DNA of 59,394 nt, filler included, from 10 parts of 10 records of this genome joined end to end with filler, not necessarily neighbours in it; one strand, 5' to 3'; shown: positions 10,325 through 20,162, numbered from the whole stretch's first letter. Made by a program: numbers and translations. The notes: generated from the sequence alone by a model not told the origin.

Positions 10325-10534
10325 ATGAGTGCCCGTTTATTACCGCATTTTATTTTGTTTACCGGCTTTCTTTATTTAACATTAAACGGCATAATTATTC
10401 TCAAGACACGATATTTTACCCATCCGTTTAACCGTAAAAAACAGATAGAAGGCTCCTGGGCTATTGGGGTTGGTCTGTTTTTTATTCTTTTTGGATTGTA
10501 TTGTTTATGGTCATTGTATATGTTGATTCGCTAA
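10325..10534 (+). CDS. small two-TM hypothetical protein
   Basis: AGGAGG RBS; two hydrophobic helices. Confidence 0.65.
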   Translation: MSARLLPHFILFTGFLYLTLNGIIILKTRYFTHPFNRKKQIEGSWAIGVGLFFILFGLYCLWSLYMLIR

Positions 10535-10828
10535 ACGATCCGTGAATCTTTAATCGGATGCACTGCAGGATATAAATTCAATGCATTTGCAAGTGGCTAA
10601 TGATATGAGCCATATTTCACTGCAGAGATATAATGATTCGGATGAACAATAACATTTCCCATTTTTTGGCGTGAAAATGTGAATGGAATTTAGAATCCCT
10701 GGGAATAGGATTGTCATAATCGGCGTTTTTTAGTGTTTGAAGGCACAATTTCCGTTAAAATTGATATATCTGATAAAAAACGTATCAGGTCAATGAAAAT
10801 CCGCTTATAATTTATCAAGGGAGGACTC

Positions 10829-11782
10829 ATGGATCGTCGGGATTTTATAAAGGGCGCTGCGGCAGGTGCATTAAGCTTGTCACTTGGTGATTCTGCCATC
10901 AACGATTTGTTGGCCAGGGCTGTAACGGAATACGAAGGGACTATTCCGAAACGGATTCTGGGCAAGACGAACGAAAAAATCACGATTATTGGTCTGGGCG
11001 GCTGGACAGTTGGACGAATTGAGGATGACAAGGTTGCTCTGAACACCATCCATAAGGCTCTGGACATTGGTATTAATTTTTTTGATACTGCACATAGCTA
11101 CCAAAAAGGGCGCAGTGAAGAGCTGTATGGCAAAGGATTAAAAGGGAAACGAGATAAAATATTTCTCATGACAAAATCAACCAGGCGCAGCAAAGCTGAA
11201 GCTCAGAAAGAACTGGATCTCAGCCTGAAACGATTACAAACAGATTACCTGGATCTGTGGCAGTTTCATTCCATTAAAACAAAAAAAGATGTGGACACGA
11301 TATTTGCTCAAGATGGCGCTTACGAAGTAGCGGTTAAGGCCAAAAAAGAAGGAAAGATTCGCTATCTTGGCATTACCGGCCACTTTGATCCCTATACTCA
11401 TCTGGAAGCTGTGAAACATCATGAACACCTGGATACGATTCAGATGCCCATCAATCTGGTGGACCCGCACAATGTCAGTTTTATAAAACTGGTTTTACCG
11501 CAAGCTGTAAAACATAATTTGGGTGTGATTGCCATGAAGACGGTAGCCAATGGCCGCATCCTGGAGCATTCTGTTGCACAGGTAAAGGATTGTTTGACCT
11601 ATGCCTGGAATTTGCCTGTTTCGGTAATTGTGTCCGGATGTGATTTGCCCACACATGTTGAGGAGAATGTAAAAACAGCACAGACATATAAAAAGTTATC
11701 TGAAACAGAGAAACAAAAAATATTGTCTGGAACAGCCACATTTAAGGGACCGAAGGTCGAATATTATAAAAAGAAGGTGTGA
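10829..11782 (+). CDS. aldo/keto reductase with Tat signal
   Basis: MDRRDFIKG; FFDTAHSY; SLKRLQTDYLDLWQFH. Confidence 0.9.
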   Translation: MDRRDFIKGAAAGALSLSLGDSAINDLLARAVTEYEGTIPKRILGKTNEKITIIGLGGWTVGRIEDDKVALNTIHKALDIGINFFDTAHSYQKGRSEELYGKGLKGKRDKIFLMTKSTRRSKAEAQKELDLSLKRLQTDYLDLWQFHSIKTKKDVDTIFAQDGAYEVAVKAKKEGKIRYLGITGHFDPYTHLEAVKHHEHLDTIQMPINLVDPHNVSFIKLVLPQAVKHNLGVIAMKTVANGRILEHSVAQVKDCLTYAWNLPVSVIVSGCDLPTHVEENVKTAQTYKKLSETEKQKILSGTATFKGPKVEYYKKKV

Positions 11783-11930
11783 TGTTATTTTGTGCCTTCC
11801 AAAATGGGATTTTCTTTGAAATCGCACTGCAATAGTCAGCACGTTTAGCCAAATAGACCGCCAACATGAAAAGATAGATATATCTGTCTGTTTAAACATA
11901 TTTATCCCGGCTCAATGTATTTAGGTGGTA

Positions 11931-12474
11931 TTACTGAAATTGATAGTAGCTGGAATCGTTTTTTAGGGGCAGCATGTCTCGTTTATCAATATTGAGCACT
12001 ATACATTGCTGAACAGATTTAACGGAGACGAGGACTCTTGTCTGGCCTTTATAATAAACAACAGTACCAATCAGACCTTTAAAGGGGCCTCGAATAATTT
12101 TTATTTGAAAACCCGGATCGACATGATGCACGATAATGGGATCCGGGATTTTTTTAAAAGAATTTTAATGTTTTCAATTTCCCTATCGTTTACAACTGCC
12201 AACGTGCCTCCAAACGTGACGAATCGTGCGGCTCCGTCAGTCTGTAAAATATATAACTGGTCGCGTATACTCATATTGACAAATATATAGTTGCCAAAGA
12301 GGGGTATGTCGATAATTTTATATCTGTCAGACCATTTTCTATATATTTTTTTTAATGGCAGATAGGTGGTAAACCCTTTTGCCACCAGTCTGATCTGCAC
12401 TTTTTTGGTATGCTGCGCTCTGGTTATTAATGCATACCAGTTTTTGTTTTTTTCTCCTGCGGGCTTGATCTCAT
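11931..12474 (-). CDS. upxY: UpxY/RfaH-type NusG paralog (antiterminator), frameshifted in this assembly
   Basis: NWYALITR, KWSDRYKIIDIPLFGNYIFV, KOW RGPFKGLIG; frame breaks at A runs near 12150 and 12450; start uncertain. Confidence 0.8.
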
Positions 12475-13068
12475 TGATAGAACACTTTTTTTTATTAGAG
12501 TCAAAAAAATGGATTTTATTGAATTCATACTGCCACTAATAATGAACTGGATTGCAGACGGGATCGAGTCGAGAGATTTGTCTGGTTAAGAGATGAAGCT
12601 GGATTATAAATCACGGTTGACGCGAATAAAACAGATTGTCACGGATAAACAATAAAGAACAAGAGTTTAAGAAAAGTCAGAGTGAACTTTTGCTATAGTC
12701 CGTATTTACTTTCTGGTTTCTTTTTTAGAAAACAATATCGTTTCCCCGGAAATAAGGAACCTGTCACAGATCTTGATGATATGACAGATCATAATATACA
12801 GGAAGTTTCCTGTAGACATAAAGCTCCGCTGTGCCACTCCCATTCATAATATTTTGTGACCGGTTTTTTATTTGAACAATTCCTGATGAACTGTTTAGAC
12901 AATAATCGATTAATAGTCCTTACAGTTCTTTGATTTGTCTCTTCATGGACAATAAAATAATTTTCAACCTGACTGGTATCGTTTTCATAATAACTTGCTG
13001 GAGGAGGTGAATGAAATGCAATTTTGGATTAAAAAATTTGGAGGGGTTTAAATCCCCACCTTCTTATA

Positions 13069-13085
13069 CGCAAATTTAATGCCAA
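13069..13085 (-). promoter_or_regulatory. sigma-54 (-24/-12) promoter
   Basis: Minus strand TTGGCATTAAATTTGCG, GG-N10-GC. Confidence 0.7.
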
Positions 13086-13183
13086 ATTTCTGTCCAGAAA
13101 ACAAATAAGGAGGCTTAAATAAAGTGAAAAAATGAGAATTGTAACCGCATTATGTCGCTGTAATTGCTTGCTGCTGCGCTTTT

Positions 13184-13201
13184 TGTGTCAAAAATGGCAC
13201 A
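13184..13201. promoter_or_regulatory. probable enhancer (bEBP) binding palindrome
   Basis: TGTGTCA-AAAA-TGGCACA about 100 bp upstream of the -24 box. Confidence 0.55.
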
Positions 13202-13347
13202 GTATGCAAAATATCAAAGTCAAGTGTATATTAATAAGACAATTAAAGTATTGTGTCGGAATGTTTACACTGCACACCTTGTAATGAATGTGTTTTCTTA
13301 ATAACCTCAGAATATGGACAGGCGTTGTTTTTGTATGTAATAATTCC

Positions 13348-13914
13348 CTATCGTTCGATGCCGAAATTTTCAAACAAACGATACAGGGTTCTTCTGCTTA
13401 ACCCTGCTTCACGAGCAACCCTGGTAATATTGCCATCATGTCGGTCCAGCAATCCATGAAAGTAATGTTGCGTGAACTGCTTCAGGCACGCGTGTTTTGC
13501 GTCTTTGAAATCCAGTTTTTGCAGTGTTTTATCAAAAAAGATATTCCTGTTTTCGATGATATCAACGGGCAGATCCTCCACCTGAATGGAATCATGTTCT
13601 GTTAACAACATGGCATTTTGGATGACATTTTGTAATTCACGAACATTTCCAGGCCAGTTATATTTTTTCAGGCATCGTAAGGCTTTGGTCGAGAACCCTT
13701 TTATTCTATTTTGATAATCCGGGTTATACTGTTTTAAAAAATAGGCAGCCAGGAGAGGAATATCTTCTATTCTGTCACGAAGAGGTGGAATATAAATCGG
13801 GATCACTTTTAACCGGAAATAAAGATCCTGACGCAATTTGTTATCCCGAACTGCTTTTTCCGGATTTCTGTTTGTGGCTGATATGATTCTTATATCCATC
13901 TTTTTTGCTTTTTT
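13348..13914 (-). CDS. sigma-54-dependent Fis-family activator, C-terminal fragment
   Basis: DIRIISATN, LRQDLYFRL, WPGNVRELQN, C-terminal HTH. Confidence 0.92.
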   Translation of the reverse strand, partial: KKAKKMDIRIISATNRNPEKAVRDNKLRQDLYFRLKVIPIYIPPLRDRIEDIPLLAAYFLKQYNPDYQNRIKGFSTKALRCLKKYNWPGNVRELQNVIQNAMLLTEHDSIQVEDLPVDIIENRNIFFDKTLQKLDFKDAKHACLKQFTQHYFHGLLDRHDGNITRVAREAGLSRRTLYRLFENFGIER

Positions 13915-14014
13915 NNNNNNNNNNNNNNNNNNNNNNNNNNNNNNNNNNNNNNNNNNNNTTAATTAATTAANNNNNNNNNNNNNNNNNNNNNNNNNNNNNN
14001 NNNNNNNNNNNNNN

Positions 14015-14267
14015 AACTAGACATAAACGAATGAATAATTGCTAACAAAAATATCAGAGTAGCAACCAAATTAAATGGTTCAACTTTCATTCTATTAACA
14101 ATAATATCTTTCGCTGTTTCCATGTGAAGGTCATGATAACTTTCCAATGGTTTTGGGAATACTTCATGAACTATCTCTCCACCACCAGAAGCAAGCAAAC
14201 TATAGCTGAATATAAAAAATAGTAGTAATAAGGTTAATTTCATTGTTTTCATTCTTGATGATTTCAT
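14015..14267 (-). CDS. putative Na+/H+ antiporter (DUF1504-type), N-terminal fragment
   Basis: FPKPLESY...VEPFNLVATLIFLLAIIHSF. Confidence 0.7.
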
Positions 14268-14316
14268 GTTAAACCTCCCACTAGCTTATAAAATGGATTA
14301 TGTTACAAGGTTTATA

Positions 14317-14871
14317 TTACAATTTATCCCATTCTTCTTTCAAAATCCCGTAACTTATTGAATCATAGTACTCACTATCTACTATTCTAGCTTTTCTATA
14401 AATTGCCTCTTTTTTGAGACCAAGTTTTTCCGCTAATTTCATCATTCGCTCATTCCCTGACCATGTAGTTAAACCAATTCTTACTAGTTCAGGTTTCGAC
14501 TCGAACATCTCGTCTATCCACATTTTTAGTGCTGTATAACCTATACCGTGTTCCCAATAATCCTCATTAAATATCACTATACCTACCTCTAACCATAGTG
14601 TTTCTTCAGATTTCCAGTACCAGTTTACTTCTCCGATTATTTCATAGTTTTCTTTATTTGCTATAATTTTCTTATTTATTAAAACATTTTTTTCTCCATT
14701 TTCAAGTTTTATCCTCAAATCATCAATCTTCTCTTTTAACTCTTGCTCACTAGATTTTGCAAAGTAAGGTCCGTTATATTTATGAAACTCTCTATCAGGA
14801 TGACTCCACTTTTGATAATCTTCTAAATCCCTTAATTCTAGTTCTCTAATTATTATATTCATATAATTCAT
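14317..14871 (-). CDS. GNAT (RimJ/RimL-like) acetyltransferase
   Basis: YWEHGIGYTAL, TWSGNERMMKLAEKLG. Confidence 0.88.
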   Translation of the reverse strand: MNYMNIIIRELELRDLEDYQKWSHPDREFHKYNGPYFAKSSEQELKEKIDDLRIKLENGEKNVLINKKIIANKENYEIIGEVNWYWKSEETLWLEVGIVIFNEDYWEHGIGYTALKMWIDEMFESKPELVRIGLTTWSGNERMMKLAEKLGLKKEAIYRKARIVDSEYYDSISYGILKEEWDKL

Positions 14872-14941
14872 TCTCCTTTATTTATATTATCATCACTAAG
14901 TATAGCATAAATTAATATCTCAGAATAAAAAATCATCAACT

Positions 14942-14967
14942 AAAACAGGGCGGAAAAATCCCGCCCT
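14942..14967 (-). terminator. intrinsic terminator
   Basis: AGGGCGG/CCGCCCT stem with a T tract on the minus strand. Confidence 0.6.
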
Positions 14968-14998
14968 TAGTTCTAATCTCCAATATTTAAATTCTTGC

Positions 14999-15474
14999 TT
15001 ACTTTATTTTTTTTGAACTATATTTTACCTCTTTTACTATGGCTTTACTTGTTTTGGTTGCACCAGCAACTGCATCAACTTTCAAAGATTTTGCTTTTTT
15101 GATACTTACTCCGTTCCATTTTTCCAAAAAGTTTGATTCTCTAATTTTTTCAATAAACTTTTAGGTTCTTTACTAGGAAGAAGTCCTATTCCTTCTATTT
15201 TATCATTTTTATCTAAAACAACAACAACTGGAACGTAACCTTTTTCTCCTTTAGCTTTATTTGTGAATATATAGCGACCTATAACTTCTCCGGAATCATT
15301 ATATATTTCAGAAGCTTTATTTGAATAAAGAGACTGCTCAATGGCAACAGCATCTTTTTCAATCTTTTTAATTTCTGTCAATACATCTTTACTACTTACT
15401 TTAACCTTTGATGCTCCCAGCGTTACCATAAACATTGCTATCAATAAAATTCCCACTAACTTTTTTTTCTTCAT
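14999..15474 (-). CDS. exported FMN-binding domain protein (frameshifted near 15160)
   Basis: Signal peptide; KGYVPVVVVLD; shifted frame continues FLEKWNG...VDAVAGATKTSKAI. Confidence 0.8.
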
Positions 15475-15510
15475 TTTTCTTCACACTCTTTTCTTTTTTA
15501 TTTTATATTA

Positions 15511-16848
15511 CTAATTTATCTCTTTCAAATCAAAAGTTAAAACTATAATTGTTCCTGAATTTGGGGCACTACTTATATATATATCACCATTTAATATATC
15601 CAGAATTGTTTTAACTATTGCTAAACCTAAACCATGGCCAGCTTCTTTACGTGACCTTGATTTATCTACTCTATAAAATTTATCAAATATTCTATCTAGC
15701 TGCTCCGAATCAAGTCCGACTCCATTATCACTTATCTTGATTTTTAACTTTGATTTATCAACATAATACTCTGTCTTCACCTCACCTTTGTTGCTATAAA
15801 CTATCCCATTTTTAACAAGGTTTCTGATTAATTGCTTAAATAAATCAATATCTGATTCAAACTTTATATCATCACCTGAAGCTATTAACTTTGCCTCAGG
15901 ATAGATAATTGACATCTCATAGTTGATATCACCTACTAATTCCTTAATACTAAATTTTTCTTTTTCTAGTTTTAAGTAATCCTGTTTAGCTAAAAACATT
16001 AACTTTTCAATTAAGGAGTTTATATTGCTTAACTCACTTTTAATTGATTCCAGGGAGTCTTTCATAACCTTTTCTTCTTCATATCCCCATCTATCTATTA
16101 AGTTAGTGTAACCACTAATTATCTGAATAGGTGTTCTTAGTTCATGAGATGCATTTTGCACAAATTCCACTTGAGTATTCATCTGTTTGTTTAATCTATC
16201 TAACATTTTTTCATAAGCTTTTAGTACAATTGAGAATTCCTCAAAGAACTCTTTATCATCTATCTCTACGTCAAAATTTCCTAAGTTTACTTTCGATGTT
16301 ATTGATTTAATTCCTCTAAATTGTTTCACCATTTTTCTGTATAATCTATATTGAAGAGCTCCAGAAATAAACAGAATAAACAAATAACCTAAAAAAGATA
16401 TCTCTCTAACTATACTTAGGAAATGTAGTAGATCATTTGTATTTTTAATAATCTGAACATTTATCTTCTCTATTTTTTGGGGTTTTAATTCTAAATTCAA
16501 AATTAGATAGTTGTCTTCTTTAAAGAGCGTATCTAAAGGCTCTTTGTCAAAAACTCTAGCATTTTCATACGTTAAGTTTTTATCTTCATCCAAAAAGCTA
16601 ATATATAGTTCTTTTAATTTGGGAGTCTCAGATACTATATCTTCATAAAACTCCTCAAGAGTTTCATACTCATCTTCCTCCGCTTCCTCTAATAAAAACT
16701 CCTTAACGATTCTTATCTCATTTTCTGCTTGATTAGTAAATAATATTTTCAACATAATATTCCCGCTGACCAGAAATATCAAAAATAGAAGAAGAGTTAT
16801 TATTTGATTTTTGGTAAATTGAGTCGCGATCTTACTCATCGTCATCAT
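15511..16848 (-). CDS. sensor histidine kinase
   Basis: Two TMs; ASHELRTP; DNGVG; FYRVDKSRS; GHGLGLAI. Confidence 0.92.
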   Translation of the reverse strand: MMTMSKIATQFTKNQIITLLLFLIFLVSGNIMLKILFTNQAENEIRIVKEFLLEEAEEDEYETLEEFYEDIVSETPKLKELYISFLDEDKNLTYENARVFDKEPLDTLFKEDNYLILNLELKPQKIEKINVQIIKNTNDLLHFLSIVREISFLGYLFILFISGALQYRLYRKMVKQFRGIKSITSKVNLGNFDVEIDDKEFFEEFSIVLKAYEKMLDRLNKQMNTQVEFVQNASHELRTPIQIISGYTNLIDRWGYEEEKVMKDSLESIKSELSNINSLIEKLMFLAKQDYLKLEKEKFSIKELVGDINYEMSIIYPEAKLIASGDDIKFESDIDLFKQLIRNLVKNGIVYSNKGEVKTEYYVDKSKLKIKISDNGVGLDSEQLDRIFDKFYRVDKSRSRKEAGHGLGLAIVKTILDILNGDIYISSAPNSGTIIVLTFDLKEIN

Positions 16849-17515
16849 CCTTTAATACATAACCAAAACCTCTTATCGTTTTTATTAATTTCCTATCAAA
16901 AGGATTATCTACTTTTTTTCTAAGCTCTTTAATATAAACATCCACGATCTTTTCTCCACCAACATAATCATAACCCCATACATTATTTAGGATTTGACCT
17001 CTATTTAGAACTATTTCGCGATTTAATACTAAATATTCTAATAGCTTGTATTCCGTTTTGGCTATCTTTATATTTTTACCAGCTCTACTAACACTTTTGG
17101 TCGATTGATCTATAACTATATCTCGGTATTTCATCATATTTTCAGTAGAATAGTCCTTCTTCAATCTAAATACTACTCGCATTCTAGCTAATAATTCCTG
17201 TATGTCAAATGGCTTAGTAATATAGTCATCAGCTCCCAGATCAAGCAAGTTTACTTTAGTCATTGTAGAGTCTTTTGCAGAAACAACAATTATCGGAACT
17301 TCCGATTCCTCCCTAATCTTTTTACAAACTTCCTCTCCAGATAGTTTGGGTAACATCAAATCTAGTATAACTAAATCATACATTCGTTTATTTATTTCAT
17401 TTATTGCATCTTGTCCGTTATAAACACATGTTACACTATATTTTTCATGTCTTAATTCAAGAGTTAAATAATGCGAAATTTTCTCGTCATCTTCAACTAA
17501 TAATATTTTTTTCAA
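16832..17515 (-). CDS. OmpR-family response regulator
   Basis: ILLVEDD, ILDLMLP, KPF, IKTIRGFGY; TTG start after GGAGG. Confidence 0.92.
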   Translation of the reverse strand: MKKILLVEDDEKISHYLTLELRHEKYSVTCVYNGQDAINEINKRMYDLVILDLMLPKLSGEEVCKKIREESEVPIIVVSAKDSTMTKVNLLDLGADDYITKPFDIQELLARMRVVFRLKKDYSTENMMKYRDIVIDQSTKSVSRAGKNIKIAKTEYKLLEYLVLNREIVLNRGQILNNVWGYDYVGGEKIVDVYIKELRKKVDNPFDRKLIKTIRGFGYVLKDDDDE

Positions 17516-17682
17516 GGTCAACCTCCCTAACAAAAGACTATTGCTTAATATTTTTTGATTAATTATTAAAATATGCAATACTCTTATAAATAATGTTTTA
17601 ATCTTTTTACACTTTAACTATAATATATAAAGATGAAAAAAAGGTAAAAATTTATTAATTTAGTAAAAAAATTAATTTATAT

Positions 17683-17726
17683 AAGATAACCCTAGTTCCT
17701 ATTCTATTAGAAACTAGGGTTATCTT
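17683..17726 (-). terminator. hairpin directly after the dsrE-family stop
   Basis: AAGATAACCCTAGTT...AACTAGGGTTATCTT. Confidence 0.65.
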
Positions 17727-18061
17727 TAAATTGTTAATAATTTTTTATCATCTTTTAGTATTCCTGTTAGCCCCTCTCCCCAGTATTTCAATTCTATTCC
17801 CTGAGCTTCTAAGTCCGCTGTCACACCTAGCTGATCAGCACATGCCTTGCAGGCTGAGAAGTGTACTCCAGCTTGTTTTGCAAGCTTTATTTTTTCTTTA
17901 ATCAAGTCATCCTCTGCTGCTAATTTTGCTGTTGCTCCCCAGATAATCACTCTTACATCTTCCCACCAGTGATTTAACATAGCATTTGTTGCATACATCA
18001 TAACCATCTTATCTGATGTAATTGGATCTGCATTTGTCCATAGTATATTTAGCTTTGACAT
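17726..18061 (-). CDS. DsrE-family protein
   Basis: LNILWT, IIWGATAKL, ACKACAD; strong GAGGTGAGG RBS. Confidence 0.85.
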   Translation of the reverse strand: MSKLNILWTNADPITSDKMVMMYATNAMLNHWWEDVRVIIWGATAKLAAEDDLIKEKIKLAKQAGVHFSACKACADQLGVTADLEAQGIELKYWGEGLTGILKDDKKLLTI

Positions 18062-18072
18062 TTCCTCACCTC

Positions 18073-18397
18073 ATTTATTTTGATTTAGAAATTCTTGAGT
18101 CTTTTGAGTAAATCACTGGTGTTTCTTCAGTTATTTACGAAAAAAGATGCTAGAATTTCAAATTGAAATAAATTTATTACACTTCCAATATCCCATTAGA
18201 AACTCTTATTCTCTCAAATGATTCACCAATGATTCTATGGTTAATCATGATGAGAGGGTTAGAGTTTCAAATTAAAATAAATCTAACCAAGTAACTTCAA
18301 TTGTATAATTCTTGAAATTTTGATTAAATCAGCGACGTTTCTACGCTTAATTTATTTTGAATTGAAATAAATCTAACCCATTTCCAATATTCCGCTA
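18073..18397. repeat. three tandem, roughly 100-110 nt structured hairpin repeats
   Basis: Covarying stems with a conserved 9-nt loop and a shared AATT(G/A)AAATAAAT flank; see findings. Confidence 0.7.
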
Positions 18398-18431
18398 CTA
18401 ATTCAACATAGTTTTGGTACTACTAATTTAC

Positions 18432-19037
18432 TTAACTTTTTGCTATTTCCTCTGATATTTTTTTAATCACTCGTCTAAGCTGCCTATCTGATACCCCTAA
18501 AAGTCTTGCAATATCCTTTTGGCTAAGGTATTCTAATGCTTGTTTATCTATTAAATCGGAATTATAAAGATTTAGATACCTTTTCTCAAGTGATTGAGTT
18601 GAATTATATGCTATAGTATTAGCGATATTTTTTAACTTAATTGCCAGATAACTATTTATCAATTTATAAAGATTTACATTCATACTTTCCTTTAATATAT
18701 CTAGATTCAAGGATAACATTATGCATTTTGATTTTGCCTGAACATTTCTCTCAACATAACAAGTTTCAAGCGATATCTCTAAATCTCCTATAATATTAAA
18801 CGGAGTTGAGAGACATACCACTGCTTCCTCCCCATCTTCCCCAAACTCAGTAACTAAAAGAGTTCCATCAACTAAGAATTTTATATCCCGTATCTCTTCA
18901 CCAGTCATATAGATAAATTCATTTGGCTCATATTCATTTATTTTTATTATATTTATTAACTCTTCAGAGAAAAATTGCATTTTATTAAATTCTTCCAAAT
19001 ATTCCCTTGTCTTTTTTTTATTATAATATAATTTCAT
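18432..19037 (-). CDS. Crp/Fnr-family transcriptional regulator
   Basis: cNMP-like domain (FLVDG, IIGDLE) and HTH IARLLGVSDRQLRR. Confidence 0.88.
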   Translation of the reverse strand: MKLYYNKKKTREYLEEFNKMQFFSEELINIIKINEYEPNEFIYMTGEEIRDIKFLVDGTLLVTEFGEDGEEAVVCLSTPFNIIGDLEISLETCYVERNVQAKSKCIMLSLNLDILKESMNVNLYKLINSYLAIKLKNIANTIAYNSTQSLEKRYLNLYNSDLIDKQALEYLSQKDIARLLGVSDRQLRRVIKKISEEIAKS

Positions 19038-19126
19038 TTTTCCCTCCGTCAGTTACACTATCTAAGAGCTTTATCTATTATAACCTATTTTTTTAGATAT
19101 TTAATCTTAACTCAAAAAAATTTTAA

Positions 19127-19170
19127 ACAGGACATATGTCCTGTCGATAAATCTATCTGCAAGATATAAT
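19127..19170 (+). promoter_or_regulatory. Crp-family operator with -10 element (class II-like promoter)
   Basis: Perfect 18-bp palindrome ACAGGACATATGTCCTGT (19127-19144); TATAAT 19165-19170. Confidence 0.7.
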
Positions 19171-19248
19171 TGCTAGTAAGAATAGTAATTTTTGCTTAGT
19201 TTTAAAATTCACAGCAAGTTTAAAAAATATAATATTTGGGAGGTTAAT

Positions 19249-19671
19249 ATGTATACATCAGCAACAATTTTTTTAGGAATTTCCATTACTTTAATGGTTT
19301 TTTTTAACGGTGTCTTATCTTCGTATACAGGTGAAGGAAACTCATTAATATTAATACATCTAACGGGAACAGTTATTATCCTGGGAATATATTTAATATT
19401 CGGAAGATGTAAAATCAACTTAAAAGGAATACCTAAACTATTTCTAACTACAGGTATTTTAGGAGTTTTAATTGTTTTACTTGATAACTATATCATAATG
19501 AAAATAGGAGCCTCTGTTTTAGTCGTTTTAACCATTGCAGGACAACTGTTTTTCTCACTATTAGTTGATAGCTTAGGGCTATTTGGTAGAGAGGTTTATA
19601 AAATCGATACTAAAAAGGCTATTTCACTAGCTTTAGTCGCTATTGGAGTAGGGTTTATGTATTTAAATTAA
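19249..19671 (+). CDS. DMT family transporter (YdcZ-like)
   Basis: NGVLS, IAGQLFFSLLVDSLGLFG; start after GGAGG. Confidence 0.85.
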   Translation: MYTSATIFLGISITLMVFFNGVLSSYTGEGNSLILIHLTGTVIILGIYLIFGRCKINLKGIPKLFLTTGILGVLIVLLDNYIIMKIGASVLVVLTIAGQLFFSLLVDSLGLFGREVYKIDTKKAISLALVAIGVGFMYLN

Positions 19672-19715
19672 TATTAAGGATAATAAGAATCTAATTATAG
19701 AAAGGATTGATCAAA

Positions 19716-20162
19716 ATGTTTTACATAATCGCAATCGTTGTAGGAGGTTTACTCCTGTTTCAATCAATATTCATATCAGAAGTAGCAAAAAAAGTTGGAC
19801 TTATCAACTCAGCTCTAATGCATTATTCATGTGCTATGGTGTTTTTAGTCGTTCTAACTGGATTAAAAGTTATAAGAATAAGCCCTGACACTATAAACAC
19901 GGCTCCAATATATGCATATGTCGGTGCACTCATAGGTGTATTTGCCTTACTATTACTTAGTGTTATCATTCCGAAAATGTCAGTAGTTAAAAGCACTATT
20001 CTAATGTTCAGCGGTCAAATTATTGCAAGCCTTATAATCGATATCATTATTAAAACAGAACTATCAAAATTCAAGCTAATAGGAGTTGCATTTATTGGAA
20101 CAGGCCTTATCCTAAACGTTATATTTTCAAATACACCCAAAAATAATTATCAACAAAACTAA
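19716..20162 (+). CDS. DMT family transporter (YdcZ-like)
   Basis: YAYVGALIG, FSGQIIASLIID. Confidence 0.82.
   Translation: MFYIIAIVVGGLLLFQSIFISEVAKKVGLINSALMHYSCAMVFLVVLTGLKVIRISPDTINTAPIYAYVGALIGVFALLLLSVIIPKMSVVKSTILMFSGQIIASLIIDIIIKTELSKFKLIGVAFIGTGLILNVIFSNTPKNNYQQN

Noticed and set aside
12920-12988. 22-aa uORF MKTIPVRLKIILLSMKRQIKEL in the upxY leader
   Set aside because: No RBS and no tell-tale codon run; cannot be supported.
13195-13208. Plus-strand sigma-54 promoter TGGCACAGTATGCA
   Set aside because: GG-GC spacing is 8, not 10; better read as half of the enhancer palindrome.
18073-18397. CRISPR array or integron attC array
   Set aside because: ATTGAAAT and ATCTAAC/GTTAGAG motifs occur, but the repeats are too degenerate and the inter-repeat segments are homologous hairpins rather than unique spacers. 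The R boxes are in the wrong order, and there is no cas, integrase or cassette ORF.
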